64,000 bases of DNA from Clostridiales bacterium UBA5448 (GCA_002427425.1 DIRA01000037.1:36509-100508), one strand, 5' to 3'. Counted from the first letter of the stretch, positions 42,949-53,442 are shown. The notes: generated from the letters alone by a model not told the origin. Program-made: numbers and translations.

Positions 42949-44394
42949 TCATATCTGTTTTCTTGCAACAAATTGTTTGATAACTTCCTTTGAAAAGGTA
43001 TAGCTTTCCATGCGAAACAAGACAGACACCCCTCCATAAACCCCCAAACCCACCAGAATTTGGATACACAGCAAAGGAAGAACAGGCAAAGGCAGATAAC
43101 CTGTGAGATAGACAGCCCCACCCATGACGGTGGATAATAGCAAATTGGGCATAACATCCTGCAATTGTTTGAGAGGGCCGTATCCGATGAGGATATAGTT
43201 GGGATATGCATTGATAAAAAATTCTAGAATGGCGATGATCAATACCACGATGGAGATCATCATCACCCCTTTGTGCATGACCAGTAGAAGAGCCGCCACC
43301 GATACCACTTTTTTCACTGTTTGGAGGATGAGATAAAAATCACTCCGCCCGGTGCTTTTGATGGTCTGGATGTTGATGGTCTGAAGGGGTATGAGGATGT
43401 AGACAAAGCAAAAAACCTGGAGATATGGCACGCAGGGAAGCCATTTTTCGGTAAGTAAAAGCACCACGAACGGCTTTGCCACCATAGCCATCCCCACCAG
43501 TAGGGGGGTCAGCAGATAGGTGCTGGTTTTTATGCCCCGCTTGACCATGGCACGGATGGCTTCCCGGTTATCCTGTTCCCGGGACATAGCGGGAAAGAGA
43601 ACGCCGCTGATGGACGTGTTGATGGTGTCGATGACCAGACGGGGAAAACTTTCCCCTTTGTTATAATACGCCAGATCCCCGGAGGAATACACTTTGCCGA
43701 TGATGAGAGTCCGCAATTCGTTGTATCCCACTTCCAAAAAACCCGCGGCAACCATTTTCCAGCCGTATCCGATCAGATGTTGTAGCCGCTGCCAGGAAAA
43801 CATCCACTTCGGACGCCACTTCACCGTGAAAAACAGCACGCAAATGTCCATCACGGTGTGAACCAGATAATTGACAACCAAGGCCCAGACGCCGAATCCC
43901 AGATACGCCAGGGCAATTCCTACCACCCCTGACACCAAGGTGCCGGCGAGGGTGGAAAAGAAATATTTCTTGAACATCATGTGCTTGGAGACATAGGCAT
44001 GCTGGACATTGCTGACGGCAATCAACGGAATACGCAGAGCCAACACCCGCAGGGTGGGCACGACCAAAGGACTGTGATAGTATACCGCAATGGCGGGAGC
44101 GCAGGCATAAACGATACCGAACAAGATCAAAGAAAACGCGACATTGAAATAAAAAACCGAAGAAAAATCCAGTTCGTCCGCATTCTTTTTCTGAATGAGC
44201 GCAGAGCCGAAGCTGCTGGTCACAAAAACGTTGGCAAGAGCGATAAACACCAAAAGAAGGGCCACCAGACCGTAATCTTCCGGAATCAGCAGACGGGCGA
44301 GAATGAGAGAAATGACAAAAGACATTGCCTGGGCACCGAACCGTTCTCCAAACTGCCAGAACAGACCCGACACCACATTTTCACGATTTGACAT
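42949..44394 (-). CDS. wzx: Wzx-type oligosaccharide flippase (MOP superfamily)
   Basis: 481 aa with about 12-14 TMs. The N-terminal pattern (GLFWQFGERFGAQAMSFVISLILARLL.PEDYG) is typical of polysaccharide biosynthesis flippases. Confidence 0.8.
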   Translation of the reverse strand: MSNRENVVSGLFWQFGERFGAQAMSFVISLILARLLIPEDYGLVALLLVFIALANVFVTSSFGSALIQKKNADELDFSSVFYFNVAFSLILFGIVYACAPAIAVYYHSPLVVPTLRVLALRIPLIAVSNVQHAYVSKHMMFKKYFFSTLAGTLVSGVVGIALAYLGFGVWALVVNYLVHTVMDICVLFFTVKWRPKWMFSWQRLQHLIGYGWKMVAAGFLEVGYNELRTLIIGKVYSSGDLAYYNKGESFPRLVIDTINTSISGVLFPAMSREQDNREAIRAMVKRGIKTSTYLLTPLLVGMAMVAKPFVVLLLTEKWLPCVPYLQVFCFVYILIPLQTINIQTIKSTGRSDFYLILQTVKKVVSVAALLLVMHKGVMMISIVVLIIAILEFFINAYPNYILIGYGPLKQLQDVMPNLLLSTVMGGAVYLTGYLPLPVLPLLCIQILVGLGVYGGVSVLFRMESYTFSKEVIKQFVARKQI

Positions 44395-44413
44395 GTATGT
44401 GTTACTCCAAACT

Positions 44414-45127
44414 TTATTTTAAATCGGACAGATGGATTTTTTTCGCCATGAGCAAATCCCCCACGCAATCCACTTCGGTCCAGGAATACGTACAAATATC
44501 TTCGTATTTCAGAGAAAAATCATGATTGAAAATCATTTGTACCAGGGCATTTTCATACCATTGGTCATACATGCTGTTTTCCACCATGGTGCAAACTTCT
44601 TCTTTGAGCAACTTAGCGGAATCCCGGTCCAGTTTTGTGATACCGGCATATTCTCCGTAATAGACTTGAAGCTCTTTGCTCATGACCACCACGTTGTCCC
44701 CGTTGACCTGTACATTATAATCCCCATCGTTTTTGATGGAACTGTCTAAGAATACCATGGGACGATCCACGGGTTTGCACAGCTTTTCGGCAATAAGTTT
44801 TTCTTCCAGCACCACATCCCCGTTGATGATGGTGATCTGTTCATCATCCATATATTCTCGAGCAAACCACAAGGAAGCGATGGAATTGGTCACCGCGAAA
44901 AAGGGATTGAACAGGAAGGAAGCCCCTTCCACCCCATGTTCCAGGGTTTCATGGGCAAAGCCCGTCACCGCCACGATGCGGGCGCCCCGGTCATATTTAC
45001 GGATAAAACCCACCATCCGCTGCAACACAGTGGTGTTTTTATCCAACTTATACATGGATTTGGGTGTTTTCAAAGTCAGAGGATGGAGGCGGGAACCTTT
45101 TCCTGCCACTAAAATGATATAGGTCAT
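44414..45127 (-). CDS. Nucleotidyltransferase (LicC/TarI-like NTP_transf family); activated substrate unknown
   Basis: The ATG at 45127 is 8 nt after AAGGAG; the track start at 45136 is a GTG. The N-terminus has ILVAGKGSRLHPLTLKTPKSM (G-x-G-x-R-L). Size is ~237 aa. Confidence 0.65.
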   Translation of the reverse strand: MTYIILVAGKGSRLHPLTLKTPKSMYKLDKNTTVLQRMVGFIRKYDRGARIVAVTGFAHETLEHGVEGASFLFNPFFAVTNSIASLWFAREYMDDEQITIINGDVVLEEKLIAEKLCKPVDRPMVFLDSSIKNDGDYNVQVNGDNVVVMSKELQVYYGEYAGITKLDRDSAKLLKEEVCTMVENSMYDQWYENALVQMIFNHDFSLKYEDICTYSWTEVDCVGDLLMAKKIHLSDLK

Positions 45128-45145
45128 GTATGACACTCCTTTCTT

Positions 45146-45685
45146 TTACCAAACAATGGCGCCCACACGCAGTATGGACTCTTTTGGGGGGAATTCGACG
45201 ATACAGCCCACCTTGGCGGCAGTTTTCACCACATTGATCCCAGCGGCTTCCAGGGACATTCTCGCCATGGCGGGATTATTGCATTTCTCGATGCCGCAGC
45301 CGTTTTTACACAATTTGCAGGACCCGCCGATGAAAGACACGGCGGTGGCATTGTCATGCTCCCACAATTCTTTTTCCAGCGCCAACAGCCCTTTATGGAG
45401 AAACAAAGACGAATTCACCCGCACATCCGCAAAATCCTGTCCAATCAGAGGGAGAGCCAGGGTAATGAGGACGCAATGCTCGTATTCGGATAAGACTTGC
45501 CTATAATCCAGTGCCGGAATCCGGGGCGGGCATTTCCAGTTCACATTGTATTTGGGGCAGTAAAAGCAATTGAGCTTTACCCGTTCCTCAAATACCATGT
45601 CTTGGGGACACATGGGGTAGGCGCGCCATTCTCCCGTGGGATAGAGAGAACGTACTATGTTCAAAAAAAGATGCAGATCTTTCAT
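45146..45685 (-). CDS. DUF2284-like Cys-rich predicted metal-binding protein
   Basis: The 179-aa protein has CFYCPKYNVNWKCPP and GGSCKLCKNGCG...C clusters, as remembered for DUF2284. There is a 4-nt overlap with the upstream gene. Confidence 0.55.
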   Translation of the reverse strand: MKDLHLFLNIVRSLYPTGEWRAYPMCPQDMVFEERVKLNCFYCPKYNVNWKCPPRIPALDYRQVLSEYEHCVLITLALPLIGQDFADVRVNSSLFLHKGLLALEKELWEHDNATAVSFIGGSCKLCKNGCGIEKCNNPAMARMSLEAAGINVVKTAAKVGCIVEFPPKESILRVGAIVW

Positions 45686-46611
45686 TCTTTACTCCTTGGC
45701 CAATGTATGGCCCGTTGAAACAGCCATTTTACATCCAGTTTCCATGCATGAAACCGGCTTGGGGAGGTATCTACCCTGGGCTGCAAAAAATCCAGCAGTT
45801 CACTTGCGGGAACAAACCACCCGTTTCGAGCGGACAAATCATCAATGGTGTCCTTGAACCCTTGGTTCAAATGTCCCTCTTCGTCCACAAAATCATACCC
45901 GAAATGGGTGTAGACGATGCAGACACCCCCCTCTTTTTCCAACGTATCCAGATTCTTTTTTGAGAGCAGGGATAAAAAGGTGGATAGGCGCAGGCCATCG
46001 GAAGAGGAAAACCACAGATTGGAATACGTATCTTTTCCGTACTCCCGGGTGGGAAAGCGGTTGTCCGCTTGTAAGGTATTCACCTGACGAAACACCCGGT
46101 TTCGGATGTATGTAATATGTTCTTTGGCTTTGTCCCCCCAGAAATAAGGGCTGTCTTTTTCATCCCCCCGGGAATGGACGGTGGGTTTGAATCGTCCGTA
46201 CAACTTTTGAAACAGGGGTGAAAACCGCTTGGAACCCCAGTACAAATTTTCCTCGTTTTCCCCATGATTGATATGTAATTTGGGATAAAACCCCAACGTT
46301 TCTTTGAAAAATTCCAAGGCCGCCAAGGTTTCGTCTCGGGTAAAACCGCCCGACCCGGCATTGTGAAACCCGATTTCAAACCCTTTTTTGGATAAATCCT
46401 GCACAAAATGCCGATATCCTTCATCCGACAAAGACTCCCCTTGGTAATGGTCCCGGGAGGGATACACCCACACGGTTTTGGTGGTAAAAATCCCTTTTTC
46501 AAACAGGTATTGATATACCGGCCGGACGTTTTCCACCGTTGCTCCGTCGGTATCGTCCACCACGGTAAAGGCAAAGGTTTTCCCCTGGGGCCATTTGATT
46601 TTATTTGCCAT
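45682..46611 (-). CDS. Polysaccharide-deacetylase-like (CE4-superfamily-like) protein, tentative
   Basis: FAFTVVDDTDG, GFEIGFHNAG and LHINHGEN resemble the D-D / H-x-x-H metal-site pattern of deacetylase-fold proteins. The assignment is weak. Confidence 0.35.
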   Translation of the reverse strand: MANKIKWPQGKTFAFTVVDDTDGATVENVRPVYQYLFEKGIFTTKTVWVYPSRDHYQGESLSDEGYRHFVQDLSKKGFEIGFHNAGSGGFTRDETLAALEFFKETLGFYPKLHINHGENEENLYWGSKRFSPLFQKLYGRFKPTVHSRGDEKDSPYFWGDKAKEHITYIRNRVFRQVNTLQADNRFPTREYGKDTYSNLWFSSSDGLRLSTFLSLLSKKNLDTLEKEGGVCIVYTHFGYDFVDEEGHLNQGFKDTIDDLSARNGWFVPASELLDFLQPRVDTSPSRFHAWKLDVKWLFQRAIHWPRSKE

Positions 46612-47419
46612 ATCTATCCCCCAAATCACACTCTATGATCCCGTGGGTGGGTTGCCGCTTTTCGATGGGCGGCATCCGCATGTAATCATGATAGCACATG
46701 GTCAGGATTTTTTCCTTTTTTCTGGGGGCAGGGAAGGTCTGGCATTCAAAGGGGATATCAACCAAGTCTGTCACGTCTCCTATGTCAAAAAGGGGCCAGT
46801 GTCTCCCCCGATGGCAAAGCTGATTGACCGTATGCAAAGGAAACAAATTCAAAAACCGCATGATGCCTTCGGTCAATGCGCGGCAAAGCCGCAAGGGCAT
46901 CCAACCGTACAGGATTCTTTTGCCCCATCCCCCGTTTTTTTTCCCACGGGGTAGGAGCTTATAATTCCGAACAGATTGTAGTTTTATCAATAAAGCGGTT
47001 TGCAGTTTAAAAACCGGTTTCCACACCTTATCCAGAGGGAACACGTCCACATACACGCCCTGATGGATATTCAAATGAGAAAAAATGGCTTCCACATACC
47101 GGGTACCATTCAACTTAATTTTTAAAATAGACAAAGGATTGTTTATGTTTGCAAAATAATCTTCCGCATAATACTCTTTTGACAGATATTTTTTAACCAC
47201 TCTTTTAAATTTATTATAATTTTTACGGGTCATGGCAATATCCAGGTCGTCGTCCCAGGGAATGAATCCCCCGTGTCGCACCGCCCCCAGCAAGGTGCCG
47301 CCGTATAAGAAATACTCAATCTTGTGTTCCCGGCATAGGGCATCAATATCGGTCATGATGGATAAGATCACCGCTTGCACATCCCGGATATCGTGTCCGC
47401 AAATTGCATACTGTTCCAT
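46601..47419 (-). CDS. licD: LicD-family phosphotransferase
   Basis: The N-terminal pattern IMTDIDALCREHKIEYFLYGGTLLGAVRHGGFIPWDDDLDIAM is diagnostic for the LicD/FKTN-type nucleotidyltransferase-fold family. Confidence 0.8.
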   Translation of the reverse strand: MEQYAICGHDIRDVQAVILSIMTDIDALCREHKIEYFLYGGTLLGAVRHGGFIPWDDDLDIAMTRKNYNKFKRVVKKYLSKEYYAEDYFANINNPLSILKIKLNGTRYVEAIFSHLNIHQGVYVDVFPLDKVWKPVFKLQTALLIKLQSVRNYKLLPRGKKNGGWGKRILYGWMPLRLCRALTEGIMRFLNLFPLHTVNQLCHRGRHWPLFDIGDVTDLVDIPFECQTFPAPRKKEKILTMCYHDYMRMPPIEKRQPTHGIIECDLGDRYGK

Positions 47420-47431
47420 GTTGATTTCCCT

Positions 47432-48559
47432 TTACTGTTTTGATTGATACACCTGAAATAAGCTTTGGGCAGAATGCTTCCATGTATACCCATTGAATAC
47501 GGTTTTCCGTCCCGCACGCCCCATTTGTTCCCGCTTTTCGGGGTATTCATAGAGATAGCACAAACGTTCTCCCAGTTCCTTGCTTTCCTGTGGTTTTACC
47601 AAATAGCCGTTTTCACCGGAAAAAATGATCTCCTCGATTCCCTGTCCCGCACACCCTACCACGGGGGTCCCGCAAGCCATGGCTTCCAGATACACGCAAC
47701 CCAATGCCTCAAAATAAGAAGGCATGGCAAACACATGGGACCTGCTCAGACAGTTTGCCACCTTTGGATAGTCCATGGCGCCGGTAAAAACAGTTTGTTT
47801 TTCAATCCCAAGCTCCACGGCCAAGGTTTTGAGTGTTCCCTCCATGGGACCCGTTCCCACCACCACCAGCTGCACATCGGAATGGATGTTTTTCAAGTAA
47901 GAAAAGGCATGGAACAATGGCAAATGCCCCTTGATGGGAATGAGGTTGGCAACAATGGAAACGGTAAAAACATTTGCTTTTTCTCCGGGCACAAACAAAT
48001 CGGGATCAACCCCGTTGTACACCACATGAGAATTTGTGTGGGGCAATCCTTCCCGGATCCGGTCACATACCTTTTGACTGACGCCAATCAACCCATCGAC
48101 ACTTTGGAGCAGGAATTTTCTTCGCCATGCCAACACCTTTCCCAGCATAGGATGGGCTTCGTTGTAATCATGCCACACGTTTTGACCGTGGAAATGGAGA
48201 AAAGTTTTCACGCCGGCTTGTTTGGCACACGAAATGAGAGAATGCTTGATGCAGTCGGGGGCCAAATGGATGGACAAGCAATCATATCCCCCCAGCAATT
48301 GAGTTGCCAATGATGCAAAGGAGCCTTTAATTCCATAGGTCAGCAGGGATGCTTTTGTACGTGTAAACCCGATGCGGTACATATCCAATCCTCTAAAATG
48401 CTCTTTTATTACGTGTGAGGTATCCCCCCCCTCCCAAGGGATCAGCACATCCACCCGATGTCCCAAATCCATGAGCGCTTTGGCTTGCTGATAAAGATAT
48501 ACACAGTAATAGGGGCGATTTTCCTGGGGAAATTGGGTGGAAGCAAATAATATGTTCAT
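47432..48559 (-). CDS. Glycosyltransferase, GT4 (GT-B fold)
   Basis: The C-terminal domain has FAMPSYFEALGCVYLEAMACGTPVVG (E-x7-E region). Confidence 0.8.
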   Translation of the reverse strand: MNILFASTQFPQENRPYYCVYLYQQAKALMDLGHRVDVLIPWEGGDTSHVIKEHFRGLDMYRIGFTRTKASLLTYGIKGSFASLATQLLGGYDCLSIHLAPDCIKHSLISCAKQAGVKTFLHFHGQNVWHDYNEAHPMLGKVLAWRRKFLLQSVDGLIGVSQKVCDRIREGLPHTNSHVVYNGVDPDLFVPGEKANVFTVSIVANLIPIKGHLPLFHAFSYLKNIHSDVQLVVVGTGPMEGTLKTLAVELGIEKQTVFTGAMDYPKVANCLSRSHVFAMPSYFEALGCVYLEAMACGTPVVGCAGQGIEEIIFSGENGYLVKPQESKELGERLCYLYEYPEKREQMGRAGRKTVFNGYTWKHSAQSLFQVYQSKQ

Positions 48560-49734
48560 AGTTCATTCCTTTTCACAGCCAAGTACATTTGATCCTGTGA
48601 AATAGGCTTTGCCCGGCTGCAAGGACCCGAGGGGGGAATGTCCCCTTCCCCTACCGTGAGATATCTGACCAGTTCCAGCAGACGTTTGGCAGCATTTTCC
48701 CCGTTCCACTCCGAAGTGATGGTATTGTAAGCCGCAAGTCCCATATCATACCGCTGTTTTGGATTTTCCAATAACGTTTTGATGTGGTGATACAACGCGT
48801 CCCGATCGCCGCTGGGATACACAAAACCGTTGACCCCATCTTGGATTAAAAAGGGGACCGCTCCGGCAGCCACCGATGCCACCACGGCGCAGCCGGAATT
48901 CATGGCCTCGTTGAGAACCGCGCCCCATCCTTCCCGATAATCGCTGGTGAAGAGGAATATCGCAGCTTTTTCCATCAAATCACGAACTTCCGCAGTGCTT
49001 TTTTCCCCATAAAACCTGACACACTTCTCCAAAGATGCGTCCTTGACTTGTTTTCGCGAATTTTCTTCTTCTTCTCCACTCCCCACCACATGGAATCGGA
49101 AGGAATATCCCTCCTTGGCGAGCCGTTCTATCACCGCCACCCCATCCAAGGGACGCTTGAAGAAAAGTAACCGCCCCGCCCAAAGGATATCCACCGGTTC
49201 GGTGGTTTTTTGAGCCATGAGCGTAGAGGGATCATAGGTGCGCATAAGGGGAAAATATCCCCATTTGAACGTTTTTTCTTTATAATGGCGGAATCTGGCA
49301 CAATCCCCCGCGTTGTATCCGCTGGCGCAGAGCATATATAAAGGGTAGGATTGAAACCGGCCATGATGGAGATAGGTGCCGATACGGGCACGAAGATACC
49401 GCCTCCATCCCAGCCCGTCACGATAGAGCCGTTCCAGATAGCGAAACGTCAGCTTGCCATTTTTCAGCCGTTTTATCATCCAGTCATCGGATGCAAAACC
49501 GATGATCGCCGCATCCGCCTCCCCAATCAGAGAAAGGCAAACCTCCCGTTCTTCATACCCTTTCTTTACAAAAGGGTAGTCAGAAAGAGAAACCCGGGCA
49601 CCCTTAGAAACAAAGGTATCTCCCCGATCCTCTTCCTGCACAAAGGTAAACCCCTCCCCCAGCAAGGCATACATGGCTTGACAAAAGGGAATTTGATGGG
49701 GAGTGAGGGCATTGGATACAAAAACCACTTTCAC
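48556..49734 (-). CDS. Glycosyltransferase, GT4-like (GT-B fold)
   Basis: FLFTSDYREGWGAVLNEAMNSGCAVVAS (E-x7-E region). There is a 4-nt overlap with the downstream gene. Confidence 0.7.
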   Translation of the reverse strand: MKVVFVSNALTPHQIPFCQAMYALLGEGFTFVQEEDRGDTFVSKGARVSLSDYPFVKKGYEEREVCLSLIGEADAAIIGFASDDWMIKRLKNGKLTFRYLERLYRDGLGWRRYLRARIGTYLHHGRFQSYPLYMLCASGYNAGDCARFRHYKEKTFKWGYFPLMRTYDPSTLMAQKTTEPVDILWAGRLLFFKRPLDGVAVIERLAKEGYSFRFHVVGSGEEEENSRKQVKDASLEKCVRFYGEKSTAEVRDLMEKAAIFLFTSDYREGWGAVLNEAMNSGCAVVASVAAGAVPFLIQDGVNGFVYPSGDRDALYHHIKTLLENPKQRYDMGLAAYNTITSEWNGENAAKRLLELVRYLTVGEGDIPPSGPCSRAKPISQDQMYLAVKRNEL

Positions 49735-49736
49735 CG

Positions 49737-50927
49737 TTATACCCCCTCCTCGTTATCCCGAAAGTTAGACATCATGAGAAACGATGCCACAAAAATATAC
49801 AAACCCATACCGTTGGCATACAAAGAAGCCTCCGCTGCCCCCGATGCTATGAGCCCGATAAATCCCGCCAAAGCAAAAGAAGTCAAAAGAGTGGTACATT
49901 TGCTGTTGGCTTGTAAACAGATTTTAATATGATAATAGGCAAAAAGCAAATAGTTGATGATTCCATAGGAGGCCAAGGTGTCAAGATGGGTGTTATGCAG
50001 TTGAAAAGATCCTCTTCCTCCTTCAATGATGCTGTATCCGCCGATGATAGGGTGAGCTTCAAAATAAGCAAGGGCGTACTTCCAAATTTCAATGCGGCTA
50101 TCGTTGGCTTTTTCCCCGTATTCGATCATTTCCCGGTTGCTTTCCAAAATGCCCGCTTCGAATAAAAATATATAACCCAAAGCAAACAACATAGGATACA
50201 GCATCATGGCCACAATACTGACCTTGTTATAGGGATATTTCTTTTCAAACACTTTATATAAAATAAAAAAGGCAGCAATCCCCAAAGCAATCCAGATATT
50301 CCGCGCTTCAGTTTTATAAATAAAATAGCACAAAAATCCCAGAAGGACCGCCACATAAAAACGGGAACGGCGGGTTTTCATCGTTACAAAAGTATAAATC
50401 AATAAAAGCGCGGATACAAAAAGCCACATCGCCACAAAGTTTGAGTTGGAAAAATCAAAAGTCAGACGTCCACCGGGCGTGTACACACCGGGAAAGAAGA
50501 AACGGATCACATATGCGGTGCTGATGACCAGATTCAAATTCAAGAGCAGCCTGATACTCTTTTTTTCCGGAGGCAAATTTACCGCCAAATAAAACGAAAT
50601 TAGGGTGGTGAGATAAATGATGTACTTTTTTATATAATCAAAAGAAACTTTCCCCCGGAATACCGATACAAACGAAAGTATGGCGATGCAAAACAGGGTG
50701 ATGAGCAAAAACCTGTTTTCCTCGGTGATATAGGTATGGCGGGTGGCAAAAAGCACCAGCAGCAAAAAGGTGACCACAAAAGAAAGCATAAACAAGAGGG
50801 AGGTAATGGCGGTATATCCAAACATGGAGGTCAAAGCAATCCCCCCGGCAATCCAGATATTGATGCGCCAAATGCTGTTTTCCAGCGTGAACCCCAGAAT
50901 ATCCCGGGGATAGTTGTTCTGTTTCAT
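49737..50927 (-). CDS. wzy: O-antigen polymerase/ligase family membrane protein (Wzy-like)
   Basis: About 10-11 TMs. It has a periplasmic-loop motif region with HNTHLDTLASYGI, typical of the Wzy_C/O-antigen ligase family. Confidence 0.7.
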   Translation of the reverse strand: MKQNNYPRDILGFTLENSIWRINIWIAGGIALTSMFGYTAITSLLFMLSFVVTFLLLVLFATRHTYITEENRFLLITLFCIAILSFVSVFRGKVSFDYIKKYIIYLTTLISFYLAVNLPPEKKSIRLLLNLNLVISTAYVIRFFFPGVYTPGGRLTFDFSNSNFVAMWLFVSALLLIYTFVTMKTRRSRFYVAVLLGFLCYFIYKTEARNIWIALGIAAFFILYKVFEKKYPYNKVSIVAMMLYPMLFALGYIFLFEAGILESNREMIEYGEKANDSRIEIWKYALAYFEAHPIIGGYSIIEGGRGSFQLHNTHLDTLASYGIINYLLFAYYHIKICLQANSKCTTLLTSFALAGFIGLIASGAAEASLYANGMGLYIFVASFLMMSNFRDNEEGV

Positions 50928-52156
50928 GGATATGACTCCTGTTGTGCTTTGTTCAAAATATCCTCATATAGCCCCATCAATTGACCCACATTGGTTTCAT
51001 AACTGAAAGACTCCCGGGTGGTTTTCACGCAGGCATCCCTGTAGTAATCCTTGCCGTTTTTAAAAATCTCCTGTACATATTTATATACCTGATCCATATC
51101 CCCGGGATCGGCGGCATAGCCACCGCCCTTTGCCACCAGTTCGGGGCATCCGGTGGAACGAAACACCACCGCGGGGGTTCCGCAGGCCATGGCCTCGGCA
51201 ATCACCTTGCCAAAGGTATCTTCCAGGGAAAAATGAACGTATACATGGGCACTGGAATAGAGTTTTGCCAGCAATCCCGTATCGCTGACATATGCCACAT
51301 GGAAAACTTTTTCTGATTTTATGGGACGGTCACACTGCCCCACCACAATAAACTGGGTGTTTTCATCCACCCTTTGTATGAGTTGCTTTAAGTATTCATA
51401 CCGCACGGACCCCTCTGCCCAGGACACGGACACACAGATAACGGTAAATTTTTCGGGATCTGCCCCAAACCGGGCAAGGACGTTTTCTTCTCTGGGATAA
51501 AACACCTGCAGATTGATCCAGTTGTAGATACGCTCAATGCGGCGGTCTTTCAGATACGACTGTCTGGCCTGATCCGCTGTCCAATCGGATACACCCACCA
51601 CCGTAAGATTGGGAATGCCGGCAAGCCAAGCTTTTTTCTCCCGGTGCATTTTCCGGGTGAAATCAAAGAAATAGCTGTGGGGATACTGATGTACCACCTC
51701 TTTGGGACAGCGGTAACAGGTTTCTTTCCATTTATAACAGCCCCGTACCGTATAATGGGCGCATTTTCCGGTTAAGATCCAGCAGTCGTGGAGATTGTAA
51801 ACCACGGGTTTTCCCGCTTTTTTCAGATAGCGAAACAGCAGCGGGTAGTGAAGATAATGGGCATGAAGATTACGCAGATGAATGATATCGGGATCAAACC
51901 GCCGTATGTACCGAAGCAGCCGTTTGGTGGCAAAATACATACAATGCCCGTGATACCCCGTGATCCTACCGAGAATGTTGGAAACATAATATTCTGCTTT
52001 CGTTCCGATTTTATAGGCGTTGGGGGAATCATGTTGCCCCACCCCGTAAGCGGTGCGGCATTCGTGTCCGGCTTTGACAAGAGCCTGTTCCACTTCGAGG
52101 CAGGTTCTTCCCGTGCTTTTTTCAGCATACACACTGTTGATTTGTAATATTTTCAT
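50924..52156 (-). CDS. Glycosyltransferase, GT4 (GT-B fold)
   Basis: VHFSLEDTFGKVIAEAMACGTPAVV (E-x7-E region). N-terminal MKILQINSVY....STGR. Confidence 0.8.
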   Translation of the reverse strand: MKILQINSVYAEKSTGRTCLEVEQALVKAGHECRTAYGVGQHDSPNAYKIGTKAEYYVSNILGRITGYHGHCMYFATKRLLRYIRRFDPDIIHLRNLHAHYLHYPLLFRYLKKAGKPVVYNLHDCWILTGKCAHYTVRGCYKWKETCYRCPKEVVHQYPHSYFFDFTRKMHREKKAWLAGIPNLTVVGVSDWTADQARQSYLKDRRIERIYNWINLQVFYPREENVLARFGADPEKFTVICVSVSWAEGSVRYEYLKQLIQRVDENTQFIVVGQCDRPIKSEKVFHVAYVSDTGLLAKLYSSAHVYVHFSLEDTFGKVIAEAMACGTPAVVFRSTGCPELVAKGGGYAADPGDMDQVYKYVQEIFKNGKDYYRDACVKTTRESFSYETNVGQLMGLYEDILNKAQQESYP

Positions 52157-53442
52157 GTATTTCCCTCACAGATGCTGCGGATGATGGCATTCATCTGTTT
52201 CCCATTGGTGTTCAGATGATGGAATACCCGGGCCTGTTTCAGCGCAGCGTCAATATAACTTTCACGCAGAGCTTCTTCATCGATCAGCTCTTTGATTTTA
52301 TCATACAACTCGGCTTGATTTTCTATGACACAGCCCAGATGGTTGTCTTTGAAATACGCAATGCTTGCAATGTCGGGGGAACCGTACAGGATACTGCAGC
52401 ATCCGCTTGAAAGCATATCGGCAATTTTGGTGGAAAAGGCATATTTGATTTCTTTTTTATGCCACGCGGATTGATTTTCCATATGCAGCACAAAATCGCT
52501 TTGCTTTAAAATCCGCTGCACCTCGTCATAGGAAACCGCACCATGCATCCGAATGCCGTTTTGCTCGGTCAGCTCTGACAAATGATCCCCCCGGGAAGCG
52601 GTATACACATCGATATGATACCCCAAGCTTTTGATCGCCCGGCCCATTTCCACCAACGGTTCGCATCGTCCGACGGCGGGGCCTAAGTTCCCGGCATAGG
52701 TAAAGGAAACAGCCTGCTTGTCAAATGCCTTTTCTGTGCGACGGGGTTCCAACACAGTGGGTTTCATGATGACAGTCCCCGACGTGGTAAAATATTGTTC
52801 ATAATCCCGCTTCAGGGCATCGCAGAGATACACACAGTGAGAAGCATATTGCATGGTTTTTTCAAATTCTCTTTTGTATGCCTTGCGGTAAATTTTGTAA
52901 AGAAGGGAATGTTCCTCTTCATCCTTTAAGTAGTAAGCTTCCGATTGATGGATCATCAGGGGAATCTGCAGCTTTTTCGCGAGGGTTCGAGCCAGTTGAT
53001 ACAGGTAGGTAAAATCCCCCGGCTGTAATACAATGATTTGGGGATCAAAATCAAGGATCCATGTTTTGAAACGCCGATTGTTCCAAACCTTGGATGCCCA
53101 GACCATATTCCGGACCAAATGCATCCAGGGGCGGTGTTTTTTTCCGATCTTATCTGCTTTTGCGGCGGCACCGGGGGTATCCTTCAGTTCCTCAGCAGTA
53201 AAAAGCATGCTTTTCCCAATAGGTTTGAAAAAAGGATTGGTCAACTTATTGACCACCTCGTTGTCAGTGACGCAGTAATAACGAAAACAAACCGGGATAT
53301 CCGGCCTCATGTCCTTAATGAAAAACTGAGCTACCTTTTCCGGCGGATACTGATGAAAATACGCCGCCAGCGTACTTCCCATCGAATCCGATGTTGTAAA
53401 GGCTGTATGGCTGATGACCAAAACGCGAGGGAATGGCTCCAT
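52153..53442 (-). CDS. Probable GT-B fold glycosyltransferase
   Basis: A two-Rossmann-like layout with C-terminal FSTKIADMLSSGCCSILYG. There is no strong family signature. Confidence 0.5.
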   Translation of the reverse strand: MEPFPRVLVISHTAFTTSDSMGSTLAAYFHQYPPEKVAQFFIKDMRPDIPVCFRYYCVTDNEVVNKLTNPFFKPIGKSMLFTAEELKDTPGAAAKADKIGKKHRPWMHLVRNMVWASKVWNNRRFKTWILDFDPQIIVLQPGDFTYLYQLARTLAKKLQIPLMIHQSEAYYLKDEEEHSLLYKIYRKAYKREFEKTMQYASHCVYLCDALKRDYEQYFTTSGTVIMKPTVLEPRRTEKAFDKQAVSFTYAGNLGPAVGRCEPLVEMGRAIKSLGYHIDVYTASRGDHLSELTEQNGIRMHGAVSYDEVQRILKQSDFVLHMENQSAWHKKEIKYAFSTKIADMLSSGCCSILYGSPDIASIAYFKDNHLGCVIENQAELYDKIKELIDEEALRESYIDAALKQARVFHHLNTNGKQMNAIIRSICEGNT

